This document shows positions 37,645 through 50,108 of a stretch of DNA of 64,000 nucleotides, piece by piece. A program made the position numbers and the translations under genes. How positions within the stretch are numbered: the stretch's first letter is position 1; every line of letters begins with the position of its first letter. Source of the stretch: Polymyxa betae A26-41 (Eukaryota; Protista; Endomyxa: Phytomyxea); assembly GCA_003693705.1 (NCBI GenBank), contig RBZT01000267.1, forward strand, positions 62,001 to 126,000, in the 5' to 3' direction. The notes below the pieces were generated by a model that did no database searches, was not told the origin of the DNA, and saw only the letters and a program-made list of their open reading frames with translations.

Positions 37645-40600
37645 ATGACATCGCCGGCTAAGTATGTCTCTAACAGCGTTGTCGATCCCGATGCCGGAAC
37701 CGCGGTCGTTCATATCAACGATGATGAGACGAAATCCGAACAGGTACGATTGCCCTGTCTTGAGCACGGTGCAGACTTTGAGAGATTTGTTCGCAGAATG
37801 CCGCATTCGATGCAATATCAATACAGTTGGCAACTGATCATGCTAACAAAGTCCACCCGAGAGCTAAGATAAACGGCAAGCTCGTCCCATTCCCAATCTG
37901 GTCATTTGAAGATTTTGGACAATTTGGAAAGGGAATCTTGCTGTAGTGCGTTAAGTCTTTGACATCTATTTACACACTTTTGACTGAACCACATAGTTTC
38001 ACATTGCTGAAGAAGTTGACGCTGGTCTTTGTTGTTATGCTAATTCTTGCTCTACCTCAATTAGGGTTTAGTATCTATGTAAGGTTTTCCGCGAGTAACA
38101 GGATCCATTTTTACTCTCGTTTGAAAGTTTAGCCATGGGGAATACAAATCGATTCGTCTGGAGCAATTCATGCTTTCTTCTTTTGCTGTTGGTACTTGCT
38201 GTGGCACTTATTCTTTCGTTGAAACCTGATCTGGCCATGAAGGAAACACAAGCGCTATCACAATTCCTTTCGTGGATAAAAACATCGCTAAAGAGACCAT
38301 CGGAGCATGGGTTGCGACTATGGATCTCATCGCAATTCTGTTTTTTACATTCTTTATTCGTAGCATACGAATAACCCTCGAGAAAGTTAGTCCTGTTTAA
38401 ATACGCGAATCTACTTTTCTGGTAGATTGCCATGGCTTCGGTCAATCCTTGACGTCTATTTAGGAAGCCGAAATTACGGATCAGCTCGAAATTACAGCCT
38501 CAGATTATACCGTTCGTGTGCAAAATATTCCGAAAGACTTGACGAGTCGGAACGAGCTTTTGGATTTCTTTCAAGTACGACCTGAATCATTATGCCTTGC
38601 GAAATGGTGATAGATATACTAGGAAAAATGGGGCAAGGTCGTTGACGTAGTTATCTCCTTTAACGACTGTGATCTCGTCCAGCTCTACCTAGAACGTGGT
38701 CATCTCAAGCATCAGGAGATGAAAACAGCGAGATCGAAGAAGTCCCAGGAACAGATTACTGGGGAGATTTCCCGGATATCGGAGCGCATTGCAAAAGTTG
38801 ATACCAAGATCGAGGCATTTCAAGTAACAATTCTTCGTCTCGATTTCGCGATGCACGGATTTAGTCAGGGTGCGATTTAGGCAAAATTTCGACGCGTTGC
38901 TGTTGATGCTTTCGTTTTGTTCAATTCACAAGCTTCGCGCGACGCGTGTTTGCTCAAATATCCCAATACCTGGTAAAGCTATGAAACATCTCTAACAGTT
39001 AATAATGCACCATACCAGTATTTCTCGCACATTGATGCCAAAGCCACTTCAGTTTCGACACCATAGAATAATTGTGACAAAGGCGCCAGGTATCAGGCGT
39101 CTTAAATGCTGTCTTATTTCTACTGACTGTAATTTTAGAGCCATCCAATATTTTATTTGACAACCTCAAATATTCTTCTTTTTCAATTCGAATAAGGCGA
39201 TCAATCACCTTTATGGCAACATTAGCTCTCATGTCTGTGTCGGTTATAACAATCTATAAGGCGAGAAAATGCTTTGTCGAGGATGCAACATTTAACGAAT
39301 TGTTAGGCATCAGAAACGCAACGTCGCATCGTTCAGGCCAATGACGTGATTAAATGCTCAGTTACGCTGACACCATCTCGAGCGCAAGCTGTAATTTTAG
39401 GCGTATAATCCCAAAAACCCATCAAATGCATCCTAGGTCTCAGGCGTCGGCGTCGCTTGCTACTGTTACTCTTTAAGTGATGACGAGCTCCAAGCCCAAC
39501 GCGATATATGTAGTCAATGGGCTGAAGACCGATCGATGGGCAACGTATTACCTTGGTACATTGCTTGCGAAATGGCTCACACTTCGCTGGTCTTCAGGTG
39601 ATATCAATTTTGATCGCTTTAGTGATCGCTTCGGTAAACGCGATTTTAAAATCAAGCATAATACAAATGGTATCATTCGAGAAGCATACCACTCTTTCTG
39701 CACAAGAACGAGCGATAACAGTAAAACTGATGGTCGGGCTAGTTGTTAACACAGGTGATGGCTGTGCAAGAACTTTTCAATAATTTGACAGTTTCATAGG
39801 AGTCATTATTTTATTGGTTAATGGCGACTTATCAGTAATTGGTCTTGGGTCGTTATTTCATGGTGCATATAACGACTTTACGCGGCAATGGTACAGCGAT
39901 GTTGGAGTGTCTATTTTGTTCACAATGATAGTCAACGTTATTTATCCTCATATTATACCTGTTCTGACCATACCTGCGCGTCGCCTTTACATCAATTTCT
40001 TTCAATCACGTGTTAGTACTCAAAAGGTAACCATGTCGGAATTCTCATTATGAAATCTTATGACACTGAACCAGGATTTGAATGACCTGTATTCAGGTCC
40101 AAGCTTTGCTATCTCTGATCGGTATGCGACTCTCCTGAATACAGTTTTCATCTCGCTGTTATTCTCTCCTGGAATTCCTGCGTTATTAGCAACTGCTGCT
40201 TTAACGTTTGGGTTTATATTCCTGTTTGACAAGGTTAGAAGAATGTCGGTTAATTAGAGCCCCATTATCAATTCCGGTACAGATTGCACTGTTAAGATTG
40301 TACCGCGTTCCTCCAATGTTTGATGAGTCTTTGGCAATATACTCTGTAAATATCATCAGATATGCAATCTTATTTCATACCGGTAAATCAGTTGAATCGT
40401 TTCTAAGTTACACTAAGTTCGCTTTTAGGCATGGCTGTCTGGTTTTATTCGAATTCCGATAACCTGCCTTCGTATAACATTTTATCAGCAGATAGCACTG
40501 GTTCGGCGTCTTTCGATGTAGGATGCTGATGTTGTACAGCAATTATCCATTGACATGTCTCCTAGTTTCTTGGATTCAATCTGGGATATATTTTGAAACG

Positions 40601-41496
40601 AATTCGCGTTGCTAATTCGTTTTCAATCCTTATCGTCTTTCTGTTTCAACTGGGACAAATTGTAGTGTTGATCTTAGTGTAGTTGTAAAACTAATCGTTT
40701 GGCAGTTTATTTTCGAATTTCTTGCGACAATTCCGTGCTGCCGTAGACGTTCAAACCGTGTGTCGCCAGTCCAAAGAGCTGCTGACGACAATGTTGACTA
40801 TTTAGTTGCACTGCGAACTGGAATTAAATTGGAATCGTATAACCTTAGAAGTAATTGACGAGATCGTTCTGAATTGTAATTAGTTATCACATGCACGAGC
40901 AACCTTTGTATATGGATGCGTATATGAGAACAGCCTCTTTAAAACAGTTGCATCCAATTGAAGATCTCTCTGGTAAGCATTCATCAAACAATTTATAAAC
41001 AGATTCTTAATTGTTTAGTGGAGCTATCACAAGCCAAGCTGGGTAAAGCTGGAAGAAGAAAGAAGAAGAGGTTGCCAATTTTGTAGTGCAGTATCACCAA
41101 TTGAATCGAAATAGGGAAAAGTCTATTTTCACAACAACCCAGCAAGGAGAAAGCGGAAGGACGACTAAGGCTTCAGAACAGCAGGAAAAAACAGAGACTG
41201 AAAGCTCTAAAGATGGCGGGAAAGGGCTTAAACGGCAAACCACTGCAGACTTTCTAGATGAGAAGGGCATGATAACGGTGCGTAAGAAAGGTTTTGATAA
41301 ATTTGGCTAACAACTACCTATGCTATTCAGGTACAATGTCCTTCTTGTGCCAAAATAAGTAATATAATATGGATCATCAACAACGGCAAAGCATCGCAAA
41401 GATACACCTGTCCGGTAGTAAAGTTTGAAAGATTCAGGTTTTATCATTAACCATAATCATCAGTACTGCGGCACTATCTTCGCCGTTGCATCTTAA
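37645..41496 (+). CDS. OSCA/TMEM63/CSC1-family calcium-permeable mechanosensitive channel with a C-terminal CxxC..CxxC motif
   Basis: 'TASDYTVRVQNIP', 'AFVLF', 'APEPSNILFDN', 'YNDFTRQWYSDVG', 'QDLNDLYSGPSFAISDRYA', 'DKIALLRLYRVPPMFDE'. Many TM segments and many introns. Confidence 0.88.
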
Positions 41497-41584
41497 GAAA
41501 GAACATGGCAAAGCGAACAGATCACTTTCTATACCGGACAGACAAAAGCATGGATTTTTTTAATGATTAGGGCGACTCTACTAT

Positions 41585-41670
41585 ATGATGAACGGAGTTC
41601 TTCCGGGTCCGGATTGCCTGATGTGTGATGGGTTCCCGCGCGGAATTAATCACTACGTATCTGCTTTTTT
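41585..41670 (+). ncRNA. Possible second box C/D snoRNA-like element
   Basis: ATGATGA 41585-91, CTGA 41618-21 and C'-like GTGATGG. The terminal D box is imperfect (CTGC) and followed by a T-run. Confidence 0.3.
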
Positions 41671-41777
41671 CTCATTCTGTCTATTGATCCATCTGTGTGA
41701 TCTTAGGTCGTTGCTGGCTCAGAATGCAGCCTCGTGGTAAACCATTAGGTGGGTAAACCCAATTGTGATAAGACATT

Positions 41778-41846
41778 ATGATGAGCACTTTCTCTTTTGG
41801 TATTTCATCGAACTGATAATTCTGGATGACAAACCGCATGTTCTGA
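41778..41846 (+). ncRNA. Box C/D snoRNA (probable LSU rRNA 2'-O-methylation guide)
   Basis: C box ATGATGA 41778-84, D' CTGA 41813-16, C'-like GGATGA 41824-29, D CTGA 41843-46. The D' guide TGGTATTTCA is complementary to the conserved LSU motif UGAAAUACCA. It lies in a ~600-bp gap between convergent genes. Confidence 0.65.
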
Positions 41847-42094
41847 TCAAATTCTGTTACTCTTATTTCTTTGATGATTTGCTGCCAGCACTGACTAACT
41901 TCACTCTTATAGGTTGCAATGTGTTAAGCTATTTCTGTTGGCATTTTTGGGCATAATAAAATTGCATGAATCCTCACTCTTTGAAATCTTAATAAATTAT
42001 ATTTGATAACAATTTGGAACTGTTTCCTTGCCATGCAGCAATCTAATCGCTTGCTAAATAGAAACGCTTTATGTAAATTCTCCATAAAGAAATG

Positions 42095-45000
42095 TTACAT
42101 TAATCCGAATCCTTCTGAATTTTGAATGGCTGTTGAAAGCCTCTCCTGAAGTTTTTCTAACGTAGAATAATCAGGTAGTAATAGGTGATTGAAGCACGTA
42201 TGTGATGTTGGTAACCTATCCGAATCTGATCCTACACATGATCGTCATCATATTGCCAAGTAGATAACAGAACAATGATACCGTTTCGAGCAATGACAAA
42301 AGGAACCTTCAAACTCCCCAGGCCATTAATCGGAACTCGGTCGCTTCCCGTACAAAATTGCAAAAACTTCCTTTTCTCTTCATCAGCCATTTGATGAACA
42401 ACTTTCCAGAAGTTTTTAATGGCGGGGCTATCCTTGGTGTAGTTCTCGTATCTAGTATCAGAGTGAGAACTTTGAAAGGGATATTGGTCATATAATGTCC
42501 AACCTAGCAGCACCTTCAAGTGCATGGAAATCAAGTACTGGCGAGCCACATATGGATAGATCTAATTCTTCTGCCCTGAATATCCGAAGGAAATGGCCAC
42601 CACATACTAATTCGAACCTGAAGACAAAAAACCACATCAGAATCAAAAGGCATGCAGATGCAAACGAACCCATTCTGAAAGGCTTTGAACTGCGATTCGA
42701 TGCTCTTGTTGAAAGTATAGTCAACAAAGAGCTCAACATATTCTTGACGATTGGCACTCGTCAATGCGATATTACTACCCCCTGGACAAAGCTCCACAAT
42801 CTTCGTTTCGCCAAAGAAGTTATATTCAATGGAGAATGTTCTTGCGAACACACCTTCCACGTCACCTACGCATAGAGTTTAATGCAACCCCAAAGACAAA
42901 AGTGCAGGTTATGGACACCGGAAATCCAAAAAAAAGGGAAAATGTGAACACACCATCGAATTCTAGCAGTTGAACAAGACCCTTGTAAAGCGATGGACCG
43001 AATGCTTTGAGATCTTGAAATTTCAGCTGCTTGCCCAGCAACTTTTTGTACACTGCGATTGGGAAACGGATATCAAGAATGACGCTGTTATAAATTGCTA
43101 AGCCCAACATGATACCTAGACAAAGATATTAGATAGAAAAATGGCAGCAGTTCTGCAAGCAAGACCGATGAGTTCGAATTCCAGTTCAGACTCCAGAGAA
43201 TCTTTGTTGAACCAGAAGAACTCGAATTCCTCATCGACAATGAACATTCCTACATATTGTGCTAAGAGAACGCGTCGTAATAATAGACAAGCAGCTAACC
43301 ATAAGCTGGGTTAAACAGTTGCCGCATCAGCAGCTGAAAGAACTCTTTTTGAATACCACCTTCATCAACCCCATCTTCTCCGATAAATTTGACTTTAAGG
43401 GGTTTCTTGAAGTCATCACTGTTTTTTCCTTGCAACTGCATCAACGTATCTGCGATGATACTATCTCTGCGCACCTGAGCCAAAGTATCAAAGAAAAATC
43501 ACAGTAATAACGATTTAAATACCTGTAGGACCAAATAGGGGGATGATCCGGCAACGGATTGTTGAAAAATAACCCGCATTAGAGCCTAAAAAAGCGAATT
43601 CAGAATTTTTCAACAGGCTTTCGGGCAATAAAACGACCTCATCATAATGGTCCCTCATCTGCATTCTTGCATCTAGTTGAAGCATATTGGATTTTGTAGC
43701 AGCGTCCAAAATATAGGGGTATCGAGCGAAAACAAACGCGTTTGGTTGCGACATAAAAAACAGTTGGTAATCTTGGCGAAGGTCGAGCTCTATGGAAATG
43801 GTTACAACCAGAATCGTATGCACCAAGTCATTAAAACCTGAGTTAATCAACTCGTTGTAAAATTCGGTATAATCCAGCGGCTGATCGAGCCTCTCATTCG
43901 CATCATACAAGACGCCCAGAAACCGAACAGCAGGAGCGACCTCAGTTTTATTGGGCCCAGACATCCTAAATCGCTCTGTTTAATATCGAAGTAAATACAA
44001 ATAATAACAATGGCACCATCTAACAGAAACATAAGTCTGGATAATGTTCACAACATGGCCGATATTATCAGCATCAGTATCAGCGAACCAGTTCACCAAT
44101 TGCTCACGATCGGGAGCGTCGACAGAAATGAGTCCAGCGAACAGCTGACGTAATACTGCAAAAACAAACGGTTAATCGCGAAACGTAGCAGGGTGCAGAA
44201 ACTTGATATTCACTTTGATGAGACATTGGATCGAGGAATAATTTGCTCTAAATTCATCACAGCCTTAGGTCACATAAGCCTTCGCGACCAATCACGTCTT
44301 AACTACCTGAAGCAGAAGATACGACGCTAAGATCGCCTTGTCTTTGACACTGGAAGACAGTTCCACATGGATGCGTTCAACAGCAGGAACGAGGCACTCG
44401 AATAGCTTCTCGGAAACGTTCGGATCTTCTACGATCGCATCGAACATCGCTCGGGCTTCTTCGTACGATTTATGGGAGCCGAAATAGTTGCATATCGATA
44501 CGGCATCGATGAAGACCTACAGCAGCAAACTGAAAAAAATGCAATTTTTTTAGTACAGTGTCGATACCAGTCGCATTCGTTTAACAATTACATCGACATC
44601 GCCAGTCGACATGAGCGAAATTAAACCTGTGCTCGATTGGGAACAAATCCAAGATAGCCTTACGAAATTAGTATAACCTGTTGGATCCCGTTCATCTGGG
44701 ACGACATTCGATTTCAGAATTTTTTGATTGTGGACTACACATAACGGAGCATCTTCTTGCACAAGTTCAATTGCTCGTTTCAGAACATCCTTTTTCGATA
44801 GTTGAACGAACTCTGAGCAGGTTTCTGTCAACGTCGCGAACTGATGAAGACGAGATGACACTTGCCTGAGCTGCTGGCACAGTTCGGATTTTGACATTCT
44901 TGGTTGCCACAGCCGACGCTCAAGATGACATGATATCTAGATGCATTCAATCGAACCTGAAATCACAGACGAAATGGCAGCCCCATTACTTCAAAATTCT

Positions 45001-45096
45001 CTGTTTCAATGCGTCTGGAGTGAAACTACAAGAACACCACTCCGTCAGCCGAATACAGCAACAGTCAACAACGGCTTACCTGGATGGATGCGCCAT
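42095..45096 (-). CDS. UBE3A: UBE3A/E6AP-type HECT E3 ubiquitin ligase with N-terminal AZUL zinc domain
   Basis: Spliced N-terminus '[43 protein letters not shown]' (AZUL). HECT motifs '[24 protein letters not shown]', '[12 protein letters not shown]', '[20 protein letters not shown]'. Confidence 0.9.
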
Positions 45097-46224
45097 CAGC
45101 TTACAAACAGACAGCAGAACGGCGCCGGTTCTAGATGCCGCTCAGTAGCGACGACGACGACGACCACCAGCAATGGGCGCTTGATGTAAAGAAATGAGAG
45201 AAATAATGCGGAGATGTGAGAGAGAGAAAGAGAGAAAGAAGGATGATGTGATGAGTAAGTAACGGGAACTTCGAGATGATAGGGAGTGGTCAGTTCTGAT
45301 ACAGATGATGTAAGATAGATGATAGAGCAACAAGGAGGATGGACGTGATCGCAATGATCGGCGCTGGTGGCGGTCTCGGCAAGGGTCGAAGCCGGGCACT
45401 ACTGTCAAGGTCGGTTCAGGATCTCAGTACGCCGACCTGCGAGATTCTTTCTAACAATGGGTTTGTGCCTGGTCTGGCGCTTGGCATTGATATTTCGTCT
45501 CCAGCCTATATTTAGAATCTATGTTTTCAAACAAATGTGGCCTGCTCAATGGCGTCCGGTTCGACCGATTCTCACAAGGTTCATTTCATCATTGAACGTA
45601 GTTTCGACTTCTGTGTTCGTTCGAAATTCAAATGGCAGGCACGCCTGCTTGCATAAAACCAGCTAATTTTCCCGGGTGATAATATGCCCCATTTTTCCAA
45701 AATCTGCAAAAACCCCAAAATAGCAAATCCAATTATCACCCCACAAACCCAACAAATACCCGACTTAAATAGAGAACTTTTGAAACCGTTTTGAGTTTGA
45801 GTTTGAGCCCTTGACTGGATGCTGACCCTCTACAGTCTGAGCAAGAATCGTGCTGGGTCCCTCAAAGAACAACTTCTTTACCGTTGATTTGCATGTGGGA
45901 ATAATGGCCCGGTTGCGAACTCTCAGTGATACTGAAGCATTGAGTTTGATGATCCTCACTCAACGCGCAACCAAATTCAACATCAAAAGGTTTTTTGGGC
46001 ATCGAAACTCTTACTCTTGTGTGCGATCGTGTATGCCGCCCAAGCCGACTTTTCACAGCATCTAACAAAATCGGTCGATCGGTCTCAGCTTGCTCACGAA
46101 TCATCAGTGCAACGCGATAGATCAGATGCCCCGACATCAAGATATTGCTTATGTAATGTCAAGCTGATCGAAAAATACATCCACAATTACTGTTCAGCCA
46201 TTCATTTCATTCAAAAAGAGCGCT

Positions 46225-46870
46225 TTCATTGACGGAACCAAGCAATCTCTGTCGATCTAATGAACGTTACTGGGTGTTATAATGGAAACTGATTTGAAAG
46301 GGAACAAGTACCTAAGTTCATCGATATCTTCTAAATTATCGATTATTGGAATGAACGAGAGGATGACACGTCTCGATCACAAAATAGGTGGCGAACGAAT
46401 CCGAATCCTACAATTAATCATTTTCTTCCTGTTTTCGAATGTGCACGCATAGTTATCTATGCGTTTGGGATGTGGATAAGAACTGGAAGCCAAATGTAAA
46501 AGTGCAGTTACGCCCAGCGATTATCGGACAAGTAAGGGAGTTTAGATCCGTAAAAAAAGGCGTGCAACCGCGGCATCAGAGGCTCAGAGCTCCATATGCT
46601 GCAGCTCAAACGAATTCGATCAGTTCATGGTGATGTTGTAGTCGAAAAACAGATTGCGGAATTCATTAATCATTGGATGGAGAAGGAACCTGAATTCGTT
46701 AATTACTTCGTCGCAAACTATGCGAATTGAAAGAAGCACAGGGCAGTTTGTTACAAGGATTCGTGGATTCCTGATACAACAGCCCATGCGGAAGCATCCC
46801 ATAATTTACTAAGAAAAATATACTCAACTAAGCGAAATCGCTACATGACAACTCTGCTTGAAAAAAATTG
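46225..46870 (+). mobile_element. Degenerate Mutator-like (MULE) DDE transposase relic
   Basis: FIDGT (first Asp, 46225), YLCVWDVDKNWK (CxxH motif mutated), 'EFVNYFVANYAN*KKHRAVCY', 'DTTAHAEASHNLLR..KRNRY'. Frameshifts and in-frame stops. Confidence 0.75.
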
Positions 46871-47177
46871 ATGCAAAGGCGAACCAGAATGGCCCTAAAC
46901 CAGCCAATCACGATCTATCACTATGTGAACTCAATACTCCCTTTAGAAAGGCTAAAATGAGAGAAGAGAATAGAAAGGATTGTTCTGTTCCAACATGAAT
47001 GATGGATGCAGCCTTACAATTGAAAACGTCGTTTCAATTCAGATTCGGTTCTCACGAATCTGACAAATACGATCCGGTTGAGGTAAGTCGATGATTTCCA
47101 TCTCGTATGAGGATTGTATTCTATTCGATGCCAACAGGATCTTCAAACGATCCTTAAACCTAACCTTGAATCTAGAT

Positions 47178-47214
47178 AGGAAGTGGATTCATTCAGGAAG
47201 TGGATTCATTCAGG
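47178..47214. repeat. 17-bp tandem duplication AGGAAGTGGATTCATTC x2
   Basis: Exact direct repeat at 47178-47194 and 47195-47211, plus a partial third copy (AGG). Confidence 0.9.
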
Positions 47215-47394
47215 TTTGATGGAGCGAACGAATTACAGCTGCTCCTGTCAATACTAAGAAATACTTCTTTCAAGTTGGAGAAAATTTCCAAATTCTAATA
47301 AAGTGGAAATATTTCCTACTCTGTATAGTGAAGAAAGCGGACGCGGTGCCCTCCATCATCATTGTCGCTATAATGTCGTTATAAGACACATCTA

Positions 47395-48695
47395 ATGTCG
47401 TCGCGTCGCAATCAGCTGCAGGCGGCGGCTACAAAAGCCAGCTCGGCACTGAAGCCCAATCCCCAGACGACGTCGAAGCCATCGTCGTCTGCTCGGCGCC
47501 ATATCATCCTGGTGCTGGTCGACGTCCCGGATAAGTCCAGCTTGTTTGCGAACCTGGCCCGGCTCCTTCGTGTAATCGAACCTATCTTTAATGAAATTTT
47601 GTTGAGTTGGATTTCGGTTCAGGTTCGATGCCTGGTTGGTGTCGGTAATTGTTGGTATCCTTCCGATCGAATCAAGCTGGATGACGCTCCGAATACGCTG
47701 GAAGCTGCTTCGAAATCAATTTCGGCATTGCTTGAGAAGGTAAAGCGCCCGCATCGTTGAGGTCAGAATCGAGCTAATTCGGTTCGTCTTTATTGTCAGA
47801 TGGATAAACCATGTTCGGTCGATATTGTTCTATTGATTGGAAAGGAAGAAATCCCCGCTCCAGAGGATGTTATCGATCTATTTAGCATTCTTGATTCTGC
47901 ATTAAATCAGGTCCATATTAACGATTAATTCGTCTATGGGCTTGTGCTTATTTCAATGCAGACAATGTATCATGCGCTTCTTCGTATAATCTGCCTTGAG
48001 CATACTCGATTGAACGATTGGGACATGCTTTTAGGCGCCTCGGTCATGTAGTGACATTCGGCTCACAACGATCTGATTATTTACTCTTTGTCTCAGACGG
48101 GTATCGACACTCGATGAACTCAATCCAAACTGTTTCGACGACAAGGCCGTTGTATTTCGAGGAAGCCTGATATTACCAGGCAATCGGGTCATCCCCGGGG
48201 TTGTACTGTCTCTCCGAGACGATTGCAACCTTGCTGATGCCAAGAAATGTTTTGGCGGTTCACAGCAGATTAAGGTAAGATGGGTTCTTGAGAATCCCCT
48301 CAAAGCCTCTTAGCTGTTCTGGTGCAGGTCTTAGCTCGAGTTCGACTCGATTCCGTTCCTGTGATTCTGTTTCGGAAATCATTTCGTGGAGAGATGCATT
48401 GGAATGCATCACAAAGTGTCGGGCATCGAATGCTGTCGTACTGGTCCCGAGGGCTTGGCATCATGTATGAACGATGTGATTTGGGGCGAAATATGTCACT
48501 GAGTTTTGGTACAGGCATGACGATCATGGCGTCTTCATTCAAGCTATAGGGGGTCCGGCCATATTGCTGTATTGTTCGAACCAGCGATTGTACTATAGAA
48601 CAATTATCTCCATCGAAGAGGAATCGAAGATGGTGGCTGTAAAACAGGCTCTATCACATTGTGACAGATATGCTTGTAGTAACCGTCTTATATAA
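47395..48695 (+). CDS. Hypothetical multi-exon protein
   Basis: ATG at 47395. Open exons separated by GT-AG introns. No family recognised. Confidence 0.55.
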
Positions 48696-48943
48696 TCCCT
48701 GTTCATTAATCCCGTTTTAATTTATTTGCTAATATACTCGATTATTGCTCGTAATCGCTTTCAAACGCGCCGCTTCTGAGTTTCATGCGATTTCCTGAAC
48801 AATCTTGAAATATTCCGTAGAGACCCTATCTCACGAATCGTGGCCGATCATTATCAACTCTCGAAGCAGACCGTCACCAAACTGCTCGACGACCAACCAC
48901 AATCCTGAGCCGATCGGTGTCTGCTTCTCTTCAGGGTAGCACG

Positions 48944-50075
48944 ATGTCTAGTAGCAGATCATTGGCCAGCCTTGACGCTTCCGATCTGGAATGCACCATC
49001 TGTTCGCGATTATTGCTTGAACCTGTCACCTTATCATGTGGACACACACTCTGTCGTTCGTGCCTGAAAAGCTCTCTGTTCGTTCACCGGATTTATCCTC
49101 GAAATTTATCCAATTCATTATTGATATCAGGAATGTGAAGAGACACTGTCCTTTCTGTCGGCATCCATGCTCATCAAATCCAATATCACATCCGCCAACG
49201 ACGCTGCTCGTCAATCTCCTTGACAAATACTTCCCAGATGAATCGGCAGCGCGCGCCTCCGAGCATATCCACGAACGTCGCGTGAACCAGCGCCGTCTGC
49301 TACTGTTCTTCACGAAATCGGTGGAGTTCCCGAACAGGAATGTTCAGTATATTATTTATGAGCCCAGATATCAGCGCATGGTATCGGATTGTCTCGCCAG
49401 TAAACGCGAATTCGTCGCCGTCCTCGATGGCAAAGACGTCGGCTGTCTCATGACGATCGTTGATGCGCGCGTCGCTCTTGATGGACGCCGTCTGATTCAG
49501 GTCGGCCTTTCAGCCCCTCGATGGTACCAGCCCTCATAAATTGTTGCTGCTATCCAGTGCCGGGGCCTTCAGCCGGTCCAGATCGCCGACCTGCAAGAAG
49601 TCGAGATGGGATTCGGGCTGATGTCGGCGGCCGTCACGCCCATCATCGACGCACCGCAGTCGTGGGCCAACACGGCCGATTCGCTGGCCGTCTGTCGCAC
49701 CGAAATGAATCGACTGCTGGAGGCGTCGCATTCAACGCTGGCTCGTTATTACGAAATGGACAATGCTGTCGCTCCAGAAGGTATCCATTGAAATTGCTTT
49801 GCTGAAGTCGATTGAAAGTGTTCGAATGACATTTTGGTAAAGGCCCGTCGGAATTCAGTTATTGGGCGTTCGGTTTAGTGCAATGCCCGGAGTCACTCAA
49901 ACTCGCTGCTTTGGCTGAATCCCATGTTGGCAGGCGACTCCAGTGTCTGCGCGAAGCGATCTCTGAATCGCGGCGGCGGATCGAGCGCAGGAATTGGAAC
50001 CAGACGTTGGTGTTCGGGGCGATCGTCGCATGCACGATCGCCTTTTCAGTCAAGGAACATCTATCGTCGAAATAA
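48944..50075 (+). CDS. RING finger plus LON substrate-binding domain protein (LONRF-like) with a hydrophobic C-terminal tail
   Basis: RING 'CTICSRLLLEPVTLSCGHTLCRSC..CPFCR'. LON-N 'VEFPNRNVQYIIYEPRYQRMV..VGCL..DGR'. Confidence 0.88.
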
Positions 50076-50108
50076 TTAATTTCGAAACATAATAATTAGA
50101 AAGGCTGA

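Noticed and set aside
41515-41590. U3 snoRNA-like 5' motifs (GAACAGATCACTTTCTATA; CGACTCTACT)
   Set aside because: The motifs are imperfect and in the wrong order, and no box B is recognisable.
44550-44897. ORF-track start MSKSELCQQ for the HECT gene
   Set aside because: It reads through an intron in the wrong frame. The AZUL frame from ATG 45096 is far better supported.
45142-46232. Several short ORFs on both strands
   Set aside because: Low-complexity promoter/UTR sequence and transposon debris, with no recognisable protein or coherent exon chain.
47178-47214. CRISPR-like repeat
   Set aside because: Two adjacent copies with no spacer, in a eukaryotic context with no cas genes.
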